The notes beneath the pieces are model-generated. The model did no database searches, had not been told where the DNA came from, and worked only from the letters and a program-made list of their open reading frames with translations. Made by a program: the position numbers and the translations under genes. A stretch of 64,000 bases of DNA. Source: Candidatus Uhrbacteria bacterium (GTDB lineage: Bacteria; Patescibacteriota; Patescibacteriia; UBA9934; GWF2-40-263). Shown piece after piece: positions 53,445-62,280 of this stretch; the stretch's first letter is position 1; every line of letters begins with the position of its first letter. The stretch lies in assembly GCA_023246355.1 (NCBI GenBank), contig JAHFIQ010000001.1:145887-209886 (forward strand). Direction: 5' to 3'.

Positions 53445-53478
53445 ACAAATCAAAACGCCCCTTGAGTGAGGGGCGGCG
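53445..53478 (-). terminator. Repeat copy 2 of the same terminator, downstream of the Zn-ribbon gene
   Basis: The minus strand reads CGCCGCCCCTCACTCAAGGGGCGTTTTGATTTG. Confidence 0.55.
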
Positions 53479-53479
53479 T

Positions 53480-54664
53480 CTAGAGAGCAGTTGTTGAGAA
53501 GTCGAGCCCGGTGGCAATCGAGTACATCGCCTTGTGCGATGAACCAACGGGATACTGGTGGAACTCGCTCTCGCTCTTGGGTTCATGGTCGAATGTCTTG
53601 GTTCCTTTCTCGTCCACCAACACGACCTTGTAGGTAGCCGCGCGACCAGACTCGCGCTCCTTTTCGCCCGCACCGACTCGGCAGTTGAGACAGAGCTCCT
53701 CGCTATCGGGCCAGGATGTTTCGGTGGTTGTTCCTTGGTGAGGAACCTGGCGTTCAGGCTTCCAACGCCAGACGCTCCAGGAGTAGTAGTCCTCGTAGCG
53801 CGGATCATCGCGGTAGACGGGAACGTCCCTGGTTCGTGGGTCATCGCGATACTTGGTCGTACATTTCTCACCCCCACCTGTGCACACCTCATCGCCACCT
53901 GTACAGGTCGCCGTGCCATTGTCGTTGGGGGTGCAGGTCCGCTGGGTCGTGTGACAACTCCGCTCAACGGCCACGCAGTTTTCACCGTCTTCAACTTGCA
54001 CGGTGTAGTGCTCGACCTCGTTGTGATCGAACACCTTGACGGTGTGATGCACGCGGCTTCCCAGATCTTTGACGTTCTGTGCATCCGACGGACGCGATTC
54101 GTCAAACCCTTCCTCAGCGACCTGCTTGTAACGCTCGACGCTGACGGTCTGTGTCCAAGCAACACTCGTGACCGTGACATCAACCGGCCGCTTGGTAAAC
54201 AGGGCCCAGAGAAGTCCTCCACACAGGGCAGCGACCACCAGAGCGCAGCCGATGAACCTGTAGACCAAGTTGTCACGAGAGGGCGCGGGAGGATCCCCGT
54301 AGCGAGCCCACTGGGAAATCGGTGGTCGATCATCATATTCTGAGCCTGCTTGCTGCCCTCGTCCTGAAACTCGCTCAGCCTGTTCTTCACTCCTGGCGCC
54401 TGCACAGTTGCGGCAAGCGCCATCGGCATTGCGCTGGGTTCCGCCGCAGTACTCACAGGACCAGTTGGGACCATCTTGCGCCTGGCGAAGCTCAGCAGCA
54501 TCCGTGATCCGCCTTTCGTGAGACACGTCCCCTGGCATGTACCAGGGAGCCGACGTGGTGTCATGCGTTGCGCCGCAGGAAGGACAGTTGTCCTTCAGCC
54601 CTCCAATTCCCTTGGTTGAACACCTGGGACAATCCCAGAGCATTTCGATTTGGTCTGTTGGCAT
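53480..54664 (-). CDS. Double zinc-ribbon membrane protein with Cys-rich extracytoplasmic domain (GC-rich island)
   Basis: CPRC...CPSC and CEYC...CRNC form N-terminal ribbons. TM segment FIGCALVVAALCGGLLWALF. C-terminal CTPNDNGTATCTGGDEVCTGGGEKCT. The overlapping 383-aa ORF in another frame is a GC artefact. Confidence 0.5.
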   Translation of the reverse strand: MPTDQIEMLWDCPRCSTKGIGGLKDNCPSCGATHDTTSAPWYMPGDVSHERRITDAAELRQAQDGPNWSCEYCGGTQRNADGACRNCAGARSEEQAERVSGRGQQAGSEYDDRPPISQWARYGDPPAPSRDNLVYRFIGCALVVAALCGGLLWALFTKRPVDVTVTSVAWTQTVSVERYKQVAEEGFDESRPSDAQNVKDLGSRVHHTVKVFDHNEVEHYTVQVEDGENCVAVERSCHTTQRTCTPNDNGTATCTGGDEVCTGGGEKCTTKYRDDPRTRDVPVYRDDPRYEDYYSWSVWRWKPERQVPHQGTTTETSWPDSEELCLNCRVGAGEKERESGRAATYKVVLVDEKGTKTFDHEPKSESEFHQYPVGSSHKAMYSIATGLDFSTTAL

Positions 54665-55256
54665 TCTTGCTCCAGGCCATATCTTCTACACGCTTTTTCA
54701 ATTCCTGTCAACCAAAAACACCCGCGCGGGGCGAGTGTCTGTGGTGTCCAAGGATCTGTCTGTAAGCCGAATTTTGTCTTCCCTGATTGCTCAGAGGAGA
54801 TGGCAATCTATCTAGGCCTGATGTTGCCACCAGGCTCAAGCGAACGACCAAATTTGTTCTTTCACCAGAACCCGCCGCCGCGAGAGGCTTTGGCGGGCGT
54901 GGAGGGTTTGCCACAATCCATGTCACCATGGAGCGAGAAGCGTAGCTGATTGCTCAACACCACTTCACTTTTCACCTTTCACTCCGACGGACGTCGGAGC
55001 TAGTATTGTCTCTGTGGTACTTTCCCTAGGCTTTGATTCAGGAATCATGGAACAGATTTCTCCAATTCCGCGAGCCCCAATTCTTATACCTGGTCGCCGT
55101 TAGCGACTCTCTTTGTTGTCATACCTTGCGGCACAACAGGTGTTCGGACTTTCCTCATGTTCTTTCAAACACGTAGCCATCCGACAGTCCTTGGACCCAC
55201 AAAAGATACCAGAACGTCTAGTCGATGTCAAGCCATTTTGATAGACTACAGCAAGT

Positions 55257-56669
55257 ATGAAACGATCCGAACTTGCTTTTACACTGGCGCTTGTCCCGTT
55301 TGATTTCTTCGCGCTGACGGCTGCTGCCACGGCAGCGTTCTTCGCGCGTTATCATCCAGCCTTCACACAAATCCGTCCGGTCATTTTTGATTTGAACCTC
55401 GACAGCTATTTCACAGTCGTCACACCCATTACGCTTCTGTTCATCCTCATTTTTGCTATCACGGGTCTGTACAGCACAAGACGTTCCTCGGTGGGCCGGG
55501 AACTCTCACGTATTGCTCTTGCATGCTCGGCAGCCATGGCCTTGGTGTTTGCCATTTCCTTTTTTTCTCGTGTCCTGTTTGAATCACGTTTCATCGCGCT
55601 GGCCGCCTGGATCCTGGCAATACTGTTTGTGTGTCTCACCCGTCTCACGGTTCGCGGGCTCCAACGATCGCTTCTTCATGTTGGGATCGGAACGCATCGT
55701 GTCGTGGTGATCGGAGACACGACCGTGGCTCGAGCGCTCATGGAAGAATTCAAACACAAACGTCGTTTGGGATTTCGCCTGGTCGGACACTTCAACACCT
55801 TTAACAAAAACGTCGCCACCCATCTACGTGACATGAAGCGCCGCGATCAGTTGGATGAAATCATCTTGGCCGACCCTGAAGCCACACGCCGTGAAACCCT
55901 TGAGCTCATCGCGTTCACCGAACAAGAACATCTGGTCTTCCGCTACTCGGCCGATCTTTTCACCGCGGCTGTGGGACGCTCGATCATTCACATGTATGCC
56001 GGTGTCCCAATCATAGAAGTCCAAAAAACACCCCTGGACGGCTGGGGGGCGATTTACAAGCGACTCTTTGATGTGGCAGGCGCATCTGTTTTGATCCTCT
56101 TGAGCTCCCCGATCATGCTTGTCACGGCCATTGCCATCAAACTCGACTCACGCGGACCTGTATTTTTTTCAAAACTAGATGACGGCTCACCAGTTGAACG
56201 CATGGGGCAGGGCGGCCGACCATTTCGCTATCTCAAATTTCGCTCCATGCGACCTGGCACACACTCAATGCGCTACGAGGAGTTAGCGGCACACGACACA
56301 CGCAAAGGTTCTCCACTTGTGAAAATCAAAAATGATCCACGCATCACCCGCGTCGGATCCTTCATTCGCACATGTTCGATCGATGAGCTCCCAGAATTTT
56401 TCTTGGTGCTCACGGGTCACATGAGTCTAGTCGGTCCTCGTCCGCATCTTCCTGAAGAAGTCGATCGCTACAAACCTGAACAGCGAAAAGTCATGACCGT
56501 CAAACCCGGCATTACGGGCATGGCGCAAATCTCCGGCCGCGCGGATTTGGATTTCGATTCTGAAGTGCGACTGGACACGTACTACATTGAACACTGGAGT
56601 CCTTGGCTTGATTTGTACATCTTATTGAGGACCCCGTTGGTGGTCCTGTTGGGCAGAGGGGCTTCATAG
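55257..56669 (+). CDS. Undecaprenyl-phosphate sugar phosphotransferase (second copy; WbaP/WcaJ-like)
   Basis: N-terminal TM helices. KRLFDVAGASVLILLSSPIMLVTAIAIKLDSRGPVFF...RYLKFRSM...DELPEFFLVLTGHMSLVGPRPHLP...KPGITGMAQI. Confidence 0.8.
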   Translation: MKRSELAFTLALVPFDFFALTAAATAAFFARYHPAFTQIRPVIFDLNLDSYFTVVTPITLLFILIFAITGLYSTRRSSVGRELSRIALACSAAMALVFAISFFSRVLFESRFIALAAWILAILFVCLTRLTVRGLQRSLLHVGIGTHRVVVIGDTTVARALMEEFKHKRRLGFRLVGHFNTFNKNVATHLRDMKRRDQLDEIILADPEATRRETLELIAFTEQEHLVFRYSADLFTAAVGRSIIHMYAGVPIIEVQKTPLDGWGAIYKRLFDVAGASVLILLSSPIMLVTAIAIKLDSRGPVFFSKLDDGSPVERMGQGGRPFRYLKFRSMRPGTHSMRYEELAAHDTRKGSPLVKIKNDPRITRVGSFIRTCSIDELPEFFLVLTGHMSLVGPRPHLPEEVDRYKPEQRKVMTVKPGITGMAQISGRADLDFDSEVRLDTYYIEHWSPWLDLYILLRTPLVVLLGRGAS

Positions 56670-56671
56670 AA

Positions 56672-56705
56672 AAAGAAAAGCGGCCACCATTACTGGGGCC
56701 GCCGT
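56672..56705. terminator. Bidirectional terminator between sugar transferase and cassette B
   Basis: GCGGCCACCATTACTGGGGCCGCCGTTTTTTTC. Confidence 0.55.
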
Positions 56706-56710
56706 TTTTT

Positions 56711-57418
56711 TCACTTCCGGCGAAGACGCAGGGTCCCGCAACCCGGGCTGGCGATGTCAGATTCCCTGTAGAGACTGATCCTCACCTGACCCCTCCACAC
56801 CTCGAGGAAGGCACAGTTCATGCGGCTGTCACGGAGCACCGTCCTGGGGAGGTCGATGGAGTGCTCGTTCTCCACCACGATCGTTGGGTGAAGGGCGTAG
56901 GCGAAGACGCCTTCGAGAGCCGTACCGGCCAGGACGTCGCCGACCAGTTCGTCCCGGCAGTCGTCGGGACGGCGCTTGTGGTTCTTGCGTCCGTCGTCGT
57001 GGCGGAACCAGAAGGGCTCGGCGGGGAGCGGGAAGTTCTGGTTGAAGGGCTCGGCCGATTCCTCACTGAAGCCCAGCTCCTCGAACTGGATGCCAAGCAT
57101 CTTGCAGGAGCGCAGCAATCCCGGCCGCGGGTCGGCAAGGGAGACGAACTCCAACTCGTCATCAACAACGAGGGAGCCGGGAACCTCTGGGATACCTTCC
57201 CAGTAGGCTCTGAAGTTCTTCGACTGCACGTTTGGATCACGGCCGAAGCCCAGAGTCCACAGAGACAGAGCCTGCATCACCCGCAGGCTCACGGGATCTG
57301 CCTCCAGGCCGCGAATGAACTCGTCTACTTGTTCCCCAATCCCGGAAAGGCTCACTCGCCTTCGGGCATCCTGAATCCGAGCCAACTTGACCAAATGCTC
57401 TGCATCAAACAGTGACAT
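56711..57418 (-). CDS. Hypothetical protein B of GC-rich cassette family (paralog of 50795..51505)
   Basis: 235 aa and GC-rich. It has the same C-terminal block and the same final LRLRRK as protein A. Confidence 0.5.
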   Translation of the reverse strand: MSLFDAEHLVKLARIQDARRRVSLSGIGEQVDEFIRGLEADPVSLRVMQALSLWTLGFGRDPNVQSKNFRAYWEGIPEVPGSLVVDDELEFVSLADPRPGLLRSCKMLGIQFEELGFSEESAEPFNQNFPLPAEPFWFRHDDGRKNHKRRPDDCRDELVGDVLAGTALEGVFAYALHPTIVVENEHSIDLPRTVLRDSRMNCAFLEVWRGQVRISLYRESDIASPGCGTLRLRRK

Positions 57419-57485
57419 GACATTCTCCTATCGGACTTTGATGAGGCCAAGGGGCCTCGCACCACGTGCCGAGAACGGGGGGTGG

Positions 57486-57522
57486 AGTATCGTCCCGTTT
57501 GGCGGAAAAGTCAAGAATTGAT
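57486..57522. promoter_or_regulatory. Conserved promoter element, copy 2 (minus: TTGACT-17-GATACT; abuts GT4 start on plus)
   Basis: cgtttggcggaaaagtcaagaattgata matches copy 1, including the gaatt(c)gata tail, and sits 14 nt before the ATG at 57537. Confidence 0.5.
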
Positions 57523-57536
57523 AGGATGCCGGGGCT

Positions 57537-58646
57537 ATGAAACTGGCACTGGTTCACGACTACTTGATCCAAAACGGTGGGGCAGAAAAAGTGTTGGAAG
57601 TCTTTGGTTCTCTGTGGCCGGACTCCCCCATCTACACGCTCCTGTTTGACCCAGAGCGGCTCCCGACCTTCCAAGGCCGGGATATTCGTACATCGTTTCT
57701 TGAACGACTTCCCTTTGGCCGTCAAAAATATCAGTGGTACTTGCCTCTCATGCCCACCGCCACCGAACACTACGACCTCTCTGACTTTGATGTTGTCCTC
57801 TCATCAACGAGTGCCTTTGCCAAAGGGGTGATCACCCGAGACGACGCTCTTCACATTTGTTATTGTCATACCCCGACGCGATATCTTTGGAGCGACACGC
57901 ACAGCTACGTGGACGAACTGCGTGTTCCGGGATTTGTAAAAATGCTGTTGCCCCCAGTGCTCTCACGCCTTCGACTCTGGGACAAGACGGCCGCTGATCG
58001 TGTGGATGTGTTCGTGGCGAATTCCAAAACCGTCCAAAGCCGCATTCAAAAATATTACCGCCGTGATGCACAGGTCATTCATCCTCCGGTTGATACACAT
58101 CGTTTTCAAATTGCCCCAACCTCTGCCATATCCACCTCCCCCTACTTTCTCACCGGCGGCCGCTTGGTTGCCTACAAACGCTACGACCTGGTCATCCAAG
58201 CTGCCAACCGGACAAAGCTGCCACTGAAAGTTTTCGGCACAGGTCCGATTGAGGATGATCTGAAAAAAATGGCTGGATCTCACATCGAGTTTCTTGGCCG
58301 TGTCTCACAGGAAGAACAAGCACGGCTGTACCAGGGAGCGCTCGCGTTTATCCATCCTCAAGAAGAGGACTTCGGGATTACACCTGTGGAATCCATGGCC
58401 AGCGGTCGTCCGGTCATCGCGTACAAAAAAGGCGGTGCGACCGAAACCGTTGTCGAAGGACTCTCTGGAGAATTTTTTCAAGAACAAATTTGGGAGGAAG
58501 TCGCCGACCTCATGCTGCGTTTTGACGAACGTCGCTACGATCCTCAGGCCATCAAAGCGCACGCTGAACAGTTTTCAAAAGAACGTTTTGAACGCGAGAT
58601 GAAATCGTTTGTTGAATCGCAATGGGAGGCTCATCGCCGCGTATGA
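57537..58646 (+). CDS. GT4 family glycosyltransferase
   Basis: N-terminus MKLALVHDYLIQNGGAEKVLEV. C-terminus QEEDFGITPVESMASGRPVIAYKKGGATETV. Confidence 0.8.
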   Translation: MKLALVHDYLIQNGGAEKVLEVFGSLWPDSPIYTLLFDPERLPTFQGRDIRTSFLERLPFGRQKYQWYLPLMPTATEHYDLSDFDVVLSSTSAFAKGVITRDDALHICYCHTPTRYLWSDTHSYVDELRVPGFVKMLLPPVLSRLRLWDKTAADRVDVFVANSKTVQSRIQKYYRRDAQVIHPPVDTHRFQIAPTSAISTSPYFLTGGRLVAYKRYDLVIQAANRTKLPLKVFGTGPIEDDLKKMAGSHIEFLGRVSQEEQARLYQGALAFIHPQEEDFGITPVESMASGRPVIAYKKGGATETVVEGLSGEFFQEQIWEEVADLMLRFDERRYDPQAIKAHAEQFSKERFEREMKSFVESQWEAHRRV

Positions 58647-59758
58647 GAATCCTGGTCGACATCAGACACTTGGCGAACCCTCATCTCTCGGGCGTAGGAC
58701 AGTACACCGTGCAGCTTCTGCGTGCGCTTTTTGACATTGACCATGAGAATGAATACGTTTTGTTTTCAAGCGGTAGAGTGAAGCCGGATCTTTCAACCTT
58801 TCACCTCTCCACCCCAAACAAAATCTTGAATCTTCGAACCCTTTTGTTTGCCCATCCCACCATCAACTGGCATATCCACGAACCCATTGATCTCATTTTT
58901 CTTCCCAACCTCAACATCACCACTCTGCCTTCTGACATTCCCACAGTCCTCACCGTGCACGACCTCTCGTGGAAACTCTATCCAGAATTTTATTCGCTGA
59001 AAATGCGTGCGTGGCACAAGGCGACTCGAGCTCATGAATTGATTGAACGAAGCCGTGCAATCATCACACCCTCTCTTTGCACAAAGCAGGACGTAAACAG
59101 ATTGTTCAACGTGGACTCTGAACGAACGCATGTGATCCCTCACGGTGTCTCAGAAGAGTTCACACCAAAAATGCAGGCTCAAGATCACGGCGTGCGCTCA
59201 CGTCTCAAACTTCCAAAACATTTTGCGCTGTTCGTCGGAACGATTGAACCACGAAAAAATCTGATCGCCCTTGTGGAAGGCGTAAAAGACTATCGAGAAC
59301 GAACTCGCGACGATCTCCATCTCGTCTTGGCTGGAGGTTGGGGTTGGAAATCGCACGACCTGCGACGACGACTCTGGAAACGCGATACGCAGGGCTGGGT
59401 GCACCAGATGGGCTATGTGAACCCCCACGATCTCCCTGCGCTCTACCGTTCAGCTTCTGTCACGGTCTGGCCGTCTATCTACGAAGGCTTTGGCTTGCCG
59501 ATTTTGGAATCCATGGCCTCAGGCACGCCGGTGATCACCTCCCACACGTCCTCCATGCCAGAGGTCGCGGGCATGGCTGCCATAACGATCGATCCCTACA
59601 ACAGCCGCGACATGGCTGACGCCCTGAAAGGACTGCTTGGTTCCTCTGCTCTGCAGGCACAACTCGTATCCAGCGGACTCGATCGCGCCAAAACGTTCAC
59701 CTGGCACAAGGCAGCACAAGAAACACTCGACGTGTTCCGTCATTCCTGTGATGGATAG
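58643..59758 (+). CDS. GT4 family glycosyltransferase
   Basis: The start is trimmed to MRILVDIRHL, giving an ATGA overlap. The C-terminus reads YEGFGLPILESMASGTPVITSHTSSMPEVAG. Confidence 0.75.
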   Translation: MRILVDIRHLANPHLSGVGQYTVQLLRALFDIDHENEYVLFSSGRVKPDLSTFHLSTPNKILNLRTLLFAHPTINWHIHEPIDLIFLPNLNITTLPSDIPTVLTVHDLSWKLYPEFYSLKMRAWHKATRAHELIERSRAIITPSLCTKQDVNRLFNVDSERTHVIPHGVSEEFTPKMQAQDHGVRSRLKLPKHFALFVGTIEPRKNLIALVEGVKDYRERTRDDLHLVLAGGWGWKSHDLRRRLWKRDTQGWVHQMGYVNPHDLPALYRSASVTVWPSIYEGFGLPILESMASGTPVITSHTSSMPEVAGMAAITIDPYNSRDMADALKGLLGSSALQAQLVSSGLDRAKTFTWHKAAQETLDVFRHSCDG

Positions 59759-59934
59759 TTATTGATACTCATCAATAGTAAAGCATCTGTCGTAACCGGA
59801 AACCTCGACAGTGTTCCAACAGTCCTAAGTACGACGGCATGTTCTCGAGAGTAAGTCTCTTGAACATCCGTTGTTTTGTTTTGTGAGCAAAAAGAAAAGG
59901 ATCCAAGGTTCCAAGAACCAAGGATCCAAGCGTC

Positions 59935-60858
59935 TTAGAGAACGCCGAGGAGGCGGAACCCGACGTCGTCGCCGGGACCGCGCGACCAGCGCCTGCCCAC
60001 ACCCGCGAGCCCACCGTAGCCACGGTTGCCGACGAACACCCGGTGGACAGAACCGTAGGCGTTTTCCGTCCATTCCCAGGAGGCGGTGGCGCCGAGATCC
60101 TGGAACTGCGTCCCATGGAGACGATTGAGCTCGAGCAGGATGTTGCCGAAGAAGTTCCACTCCTGTGCGGTCATGGGGCGCACGGCCGCCTTCTTGAGAC
60201 TCCAGAGCTGGGCCGTCTGCGGACACAGGGTGGCCCGCAGGTGATCCCACGAGATCTTGAAGCGAGTCTGGAGGCCGAGCTCGAAAGCGAGCCGGTCGTT
60301 ACCACCGCCGTAGCCCTTCGGATCGTTCCAATCGGGCTTGCGAACGAGCTCGATCACGACCCAGCGCCCCGGCAGCGGATGATGCGTGATCTGGCTCTCG
60401 TCGATATGGCGACCCCAGTCGGGAGCGATCCAGCCATCCGGACGGGTCGCAGAAGTGAGCGCGGTCGGAAGGAAGATCGGAATCAGATTCCCATCGTCGA
60501 TCCAGCCGCGGGTCCTGGCACTCATGTGCTTCTTCAAGGGCGGCAGTGAGGCACTGACCTTGGGGAACTTCAGCGCGTAGAACTCGCTCCAGAAGGCCTG
60601 CGGATCACTCGCGATCCGACGCAGGAGCGCCGCGGTCGCGTCGATGTTCGGCGGCTGTTCCGACTCGGCCTTGGGTGCGAGCCTGGCCTTCACCCAGGCG
60701 TCGAGCTCAGTGGGGTCGATCAGGTGACGAGCGAGAGCTTCACCTAGCGGCATGGTGACCGCATGGGCGCCCAAAAGGCCGTTCAGGCCGTCCGGGGTGA
60801 GGTGCTCACGCCGCTTGTTGATCTCGTCGGCCCAGCCGGGCAATGCTTCCAGAGTCAT
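59935..60858 (-). CDS. Hypothetical protein C of the GC-rich cassette set; C-terminus weakly FGE-sulfatase (SUMF1/EgtB/PvdO)-like
   Basis: The start is trimmed to MTLEALPGW, with AAGGAG 6 nt upstream. The track's 511-aa ORF extends across the promoter and is rejected. The C-terminus reads RPMTAQEWNFF...ASWEWTEN...RVFVGNRGYGG...VGFRLLG, which resembles the order RLPTEAEWEY...NVWEWT...RGGSW...GFR. Confidence 0.4.
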   Translation of the reverse strand: MTLEALPGWADEINKRREHLTPDGLNGLLGAHAVTMPLGEALARHLIDPTELDAWVKARLAPKAESEQPPNIDATAALLRRIASDPQAFWSEFYALKFPKVSASLPPLKKHMSARTRGWIDDGNLIPIFLPTALTSATRPDGWIAPDWGRHIDESQITHHPLPGRWVVIELVRKPDWNDPKGYGGGNDRLAFELGLQTRFKISWDHLRATLCPQTAQLWSLKKAAVRPMTAQEWNFFGNILLELNRLHGTQFQDLGATASWEWTENAYGSVHRVFVGNRGYGGLAGVGRRWSRGPGDDVGFRLLGVL

Positions 60859-60932
60859 GATTTCTCCTTCCCTTGCGACTTTCTTACCACCCCTTACAAA
60901 CGGGTTGATAAGTACTTGCAAAGGACGAATGC

Positions 60933-61027
60933 GCACGGTGCCGCCGTGACGGTGTGTGTGCAAAACCAGAGGATTCCGGCTGTGCAAACGACTGGAGAAT
61001 ATACTCCAGTTTGGCGGAAAAGTCAAG
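60933..61027. promoter_or_regulatory. Conserved promoter/leader element, copy 3 (minus promoter TTGACT-17-TATATT at 60998..61026)
   Basis: gcacggtgccgccgtgacggtgtgtgtgcaaaaccagaggattccggctgtgcaaacgactggagaatatactccagtttggcggaaaagtcaag matches copy 1. The hairpin CCGGA/TCYGG retains pairing. Confidence 0.6.
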
Positions 61028-61103
61028 CGGTGGACCTGTCGCACGCATTCTATTTCAACGGACAACTTCCCTGTGCATATCCTGGGATCAAACTCGGAAT
61101 TTT

Positions 61104-61119
61104 TTGCTATAATTGCCGC
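61104..61119 (+). promoter_or_regulatory. Extended -10 promoter (TGcTATAAT) immediately upstream of the GT4 start, implying a leaderless or near-leaderless mRNA
   Basis: tttttgcTATAATtgccgcATG. The -10 ends 7 nt before the ATG at 61120. Confidence 0.45.
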
Positions 61120-62280
61120 ATGAGAGTGGGAATAGATGCCAGAATGTTGGGTCCAACAGTGGGTGGAGGCGGACTTGGACGATATGTTGAACAGCTCGTG
61201 CATGAGCTTGGACAGCAGAATCAAAAGAACCGCTTTGTTTTGTTCCTGAAAGAAGCGACACAGGTGGAAAAGGGAGATGAGGGAGACAAGGTGGAAAAGG
61301 GAGATGAGGGAGACAAGGTGGAAAAGAGAATCGTACCTGTCCACTGGTACACACTCAAAGAACAGCTCGTGATGGGACGAGTCATTGATCGAGAGCATCT
61401 TGATCTCGTCCACTTCCCGCACTGGAACGTTCCCCTCTTTTTGAGAACGCCGTTTGTCGTCACGATCCATGATCTCATCTTGCTTGAAGAACCACGATCA
61501 GCCCGCGCCACGACTCGTCACCCTCTTGTCTATGCCCTCAAGTACGCCGCGTACAAAATCATCCTCAAAAACGCTCTTTCAAAATCCCGCGCCATCATCG
61601 CGGTCTCACAATATACGAAGTCTTCGATCCTCAAATTCTTTCCCGAGATTCCCGAAAGCAAAATTTTCGTGATCTACGAAGGAGTAACGAATCTGCCTAA
61701 GACCCCTCCCGACCTCCCCTTGCCAAGGGGAGTAGACACCGTCCTGTACATCGGCAACGCCTATCCACACAAAAACCTCGATGCCCTTCTGTGCGCCTTC
61801 TCGCTTTTCCTCAAGACTCACCCGGACGCCAAGCTGGTCCTTGCTGGACGCGATGACGTTTTCTACCAGCGTCTCCAAAAAGATGCAGCTCAACTGAACC
61901 TCACAGACCACATCCAGTTCATTCCAAATCCGACAGATCAAGATCTTGCAAAGCTCTACCGCAGTGCCACGCTCTTTGTCTTCCCTTCCAAATGTGAAGG
62001 CTTTGGCCTTCCACCTTTGGAAGCCATGAGCTTCAACGTTCCTGTCGTCGCATCCAACACAAGCTCTCTGCCAGAAATTTTGGGCGATGCTGCTGTCTTC
62101 TTCAATCCAAAAGACCCTCAAGACATCGCCAGGGCTATGGAGCACGTCTTTGACAATCCAGCATTACAAGAAGAGCTCAGAAAAAAAGGTCTTGAATGCA
62201 TCAAACGCTACTCCTGGAAGAACATGGCAGAGCAAGTCCTCTCAATCTACGAATCCTGTGACAAAAAAGAAGCCTCTTAA
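61120..62280 (+). CDS. GT4 family glycosyltransferase with an internal KGDEGDKVE tandem repeat
   Basis: The start is trimmed to MRVGIDARMLG. The C-terminus reads KCEGFGLPPLEAMSFNVPVVASNTSSLPEILG. A 27-bp unit recurs 2.3 times at 61263..61325. Confidence 0.75.
   Translation: MRVGIDARMLGPTVGGGGLGRYVEQLVHELGQQNQKNRFVLFLKEATQVEKGDEGDKVEKGDEGDKVEKRIVPVHWYTLKEQLVMGRVIDREHLDLVHFPHWNVPLFLRTPFVVTIHDLILLEEPRSARATTRHPLVYALKYAAYKIILKNALSKSRAIIAVSQYTKSSILKFFPEIPESKIFVIYEGVTNLPKTPPDLPLPRGVDTVLYIGNAYPHKNLDALLCAFSLFLKTHPDAKLVLAGRDDVFYQRLQKDAAQLNLTDHIQFIPNPTDQDLAKLYRSATLFVFPSKCEGFGLPPLEAMSFNVPVVASNTSSLPEILGDAAVFFNPKDPQDIARAMEHVFDNPALQEELRKKGLECIKRYSWKNMAEQVLSIYESCDKKEAS

Noticed and set aside
53413-54564. 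383-aa minus-strand ORF overlapping the Zn-ribbon gene in another frame; also 53558..54343(+)
   Set aside because: High-GC DNA yields long spurious frames. The 53480..54664 frame has the zinc ribbons, a TM helix and a terminator, so I preferred it.
50795-57418. ADP-ribosyltransferase (R-S-E) assignment for cassette proteins A/B
   Set aside because: Motif-like strings (FRHDD, GTA, ENEHVIDLPR) exist. However, the spacing between them is far shorter than in the ART fold. I left the proteins unassigned.
61263-61325. 27-bp direct repeats as a possible CRISPR array
   Set aside because: There are only about 2.3 tandem copies, with no spacers. They are in-frame inside a GT4 gene and encode KGDEGDKVE.
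59935-61470. Full 511-aa track ORF for cassette C
   Set aside because: The N-terminal 200 aa run across the conserved promoter/leader and into the plus-strand GT4 gene. An internal ATG at 60858 has a consensus RBS.
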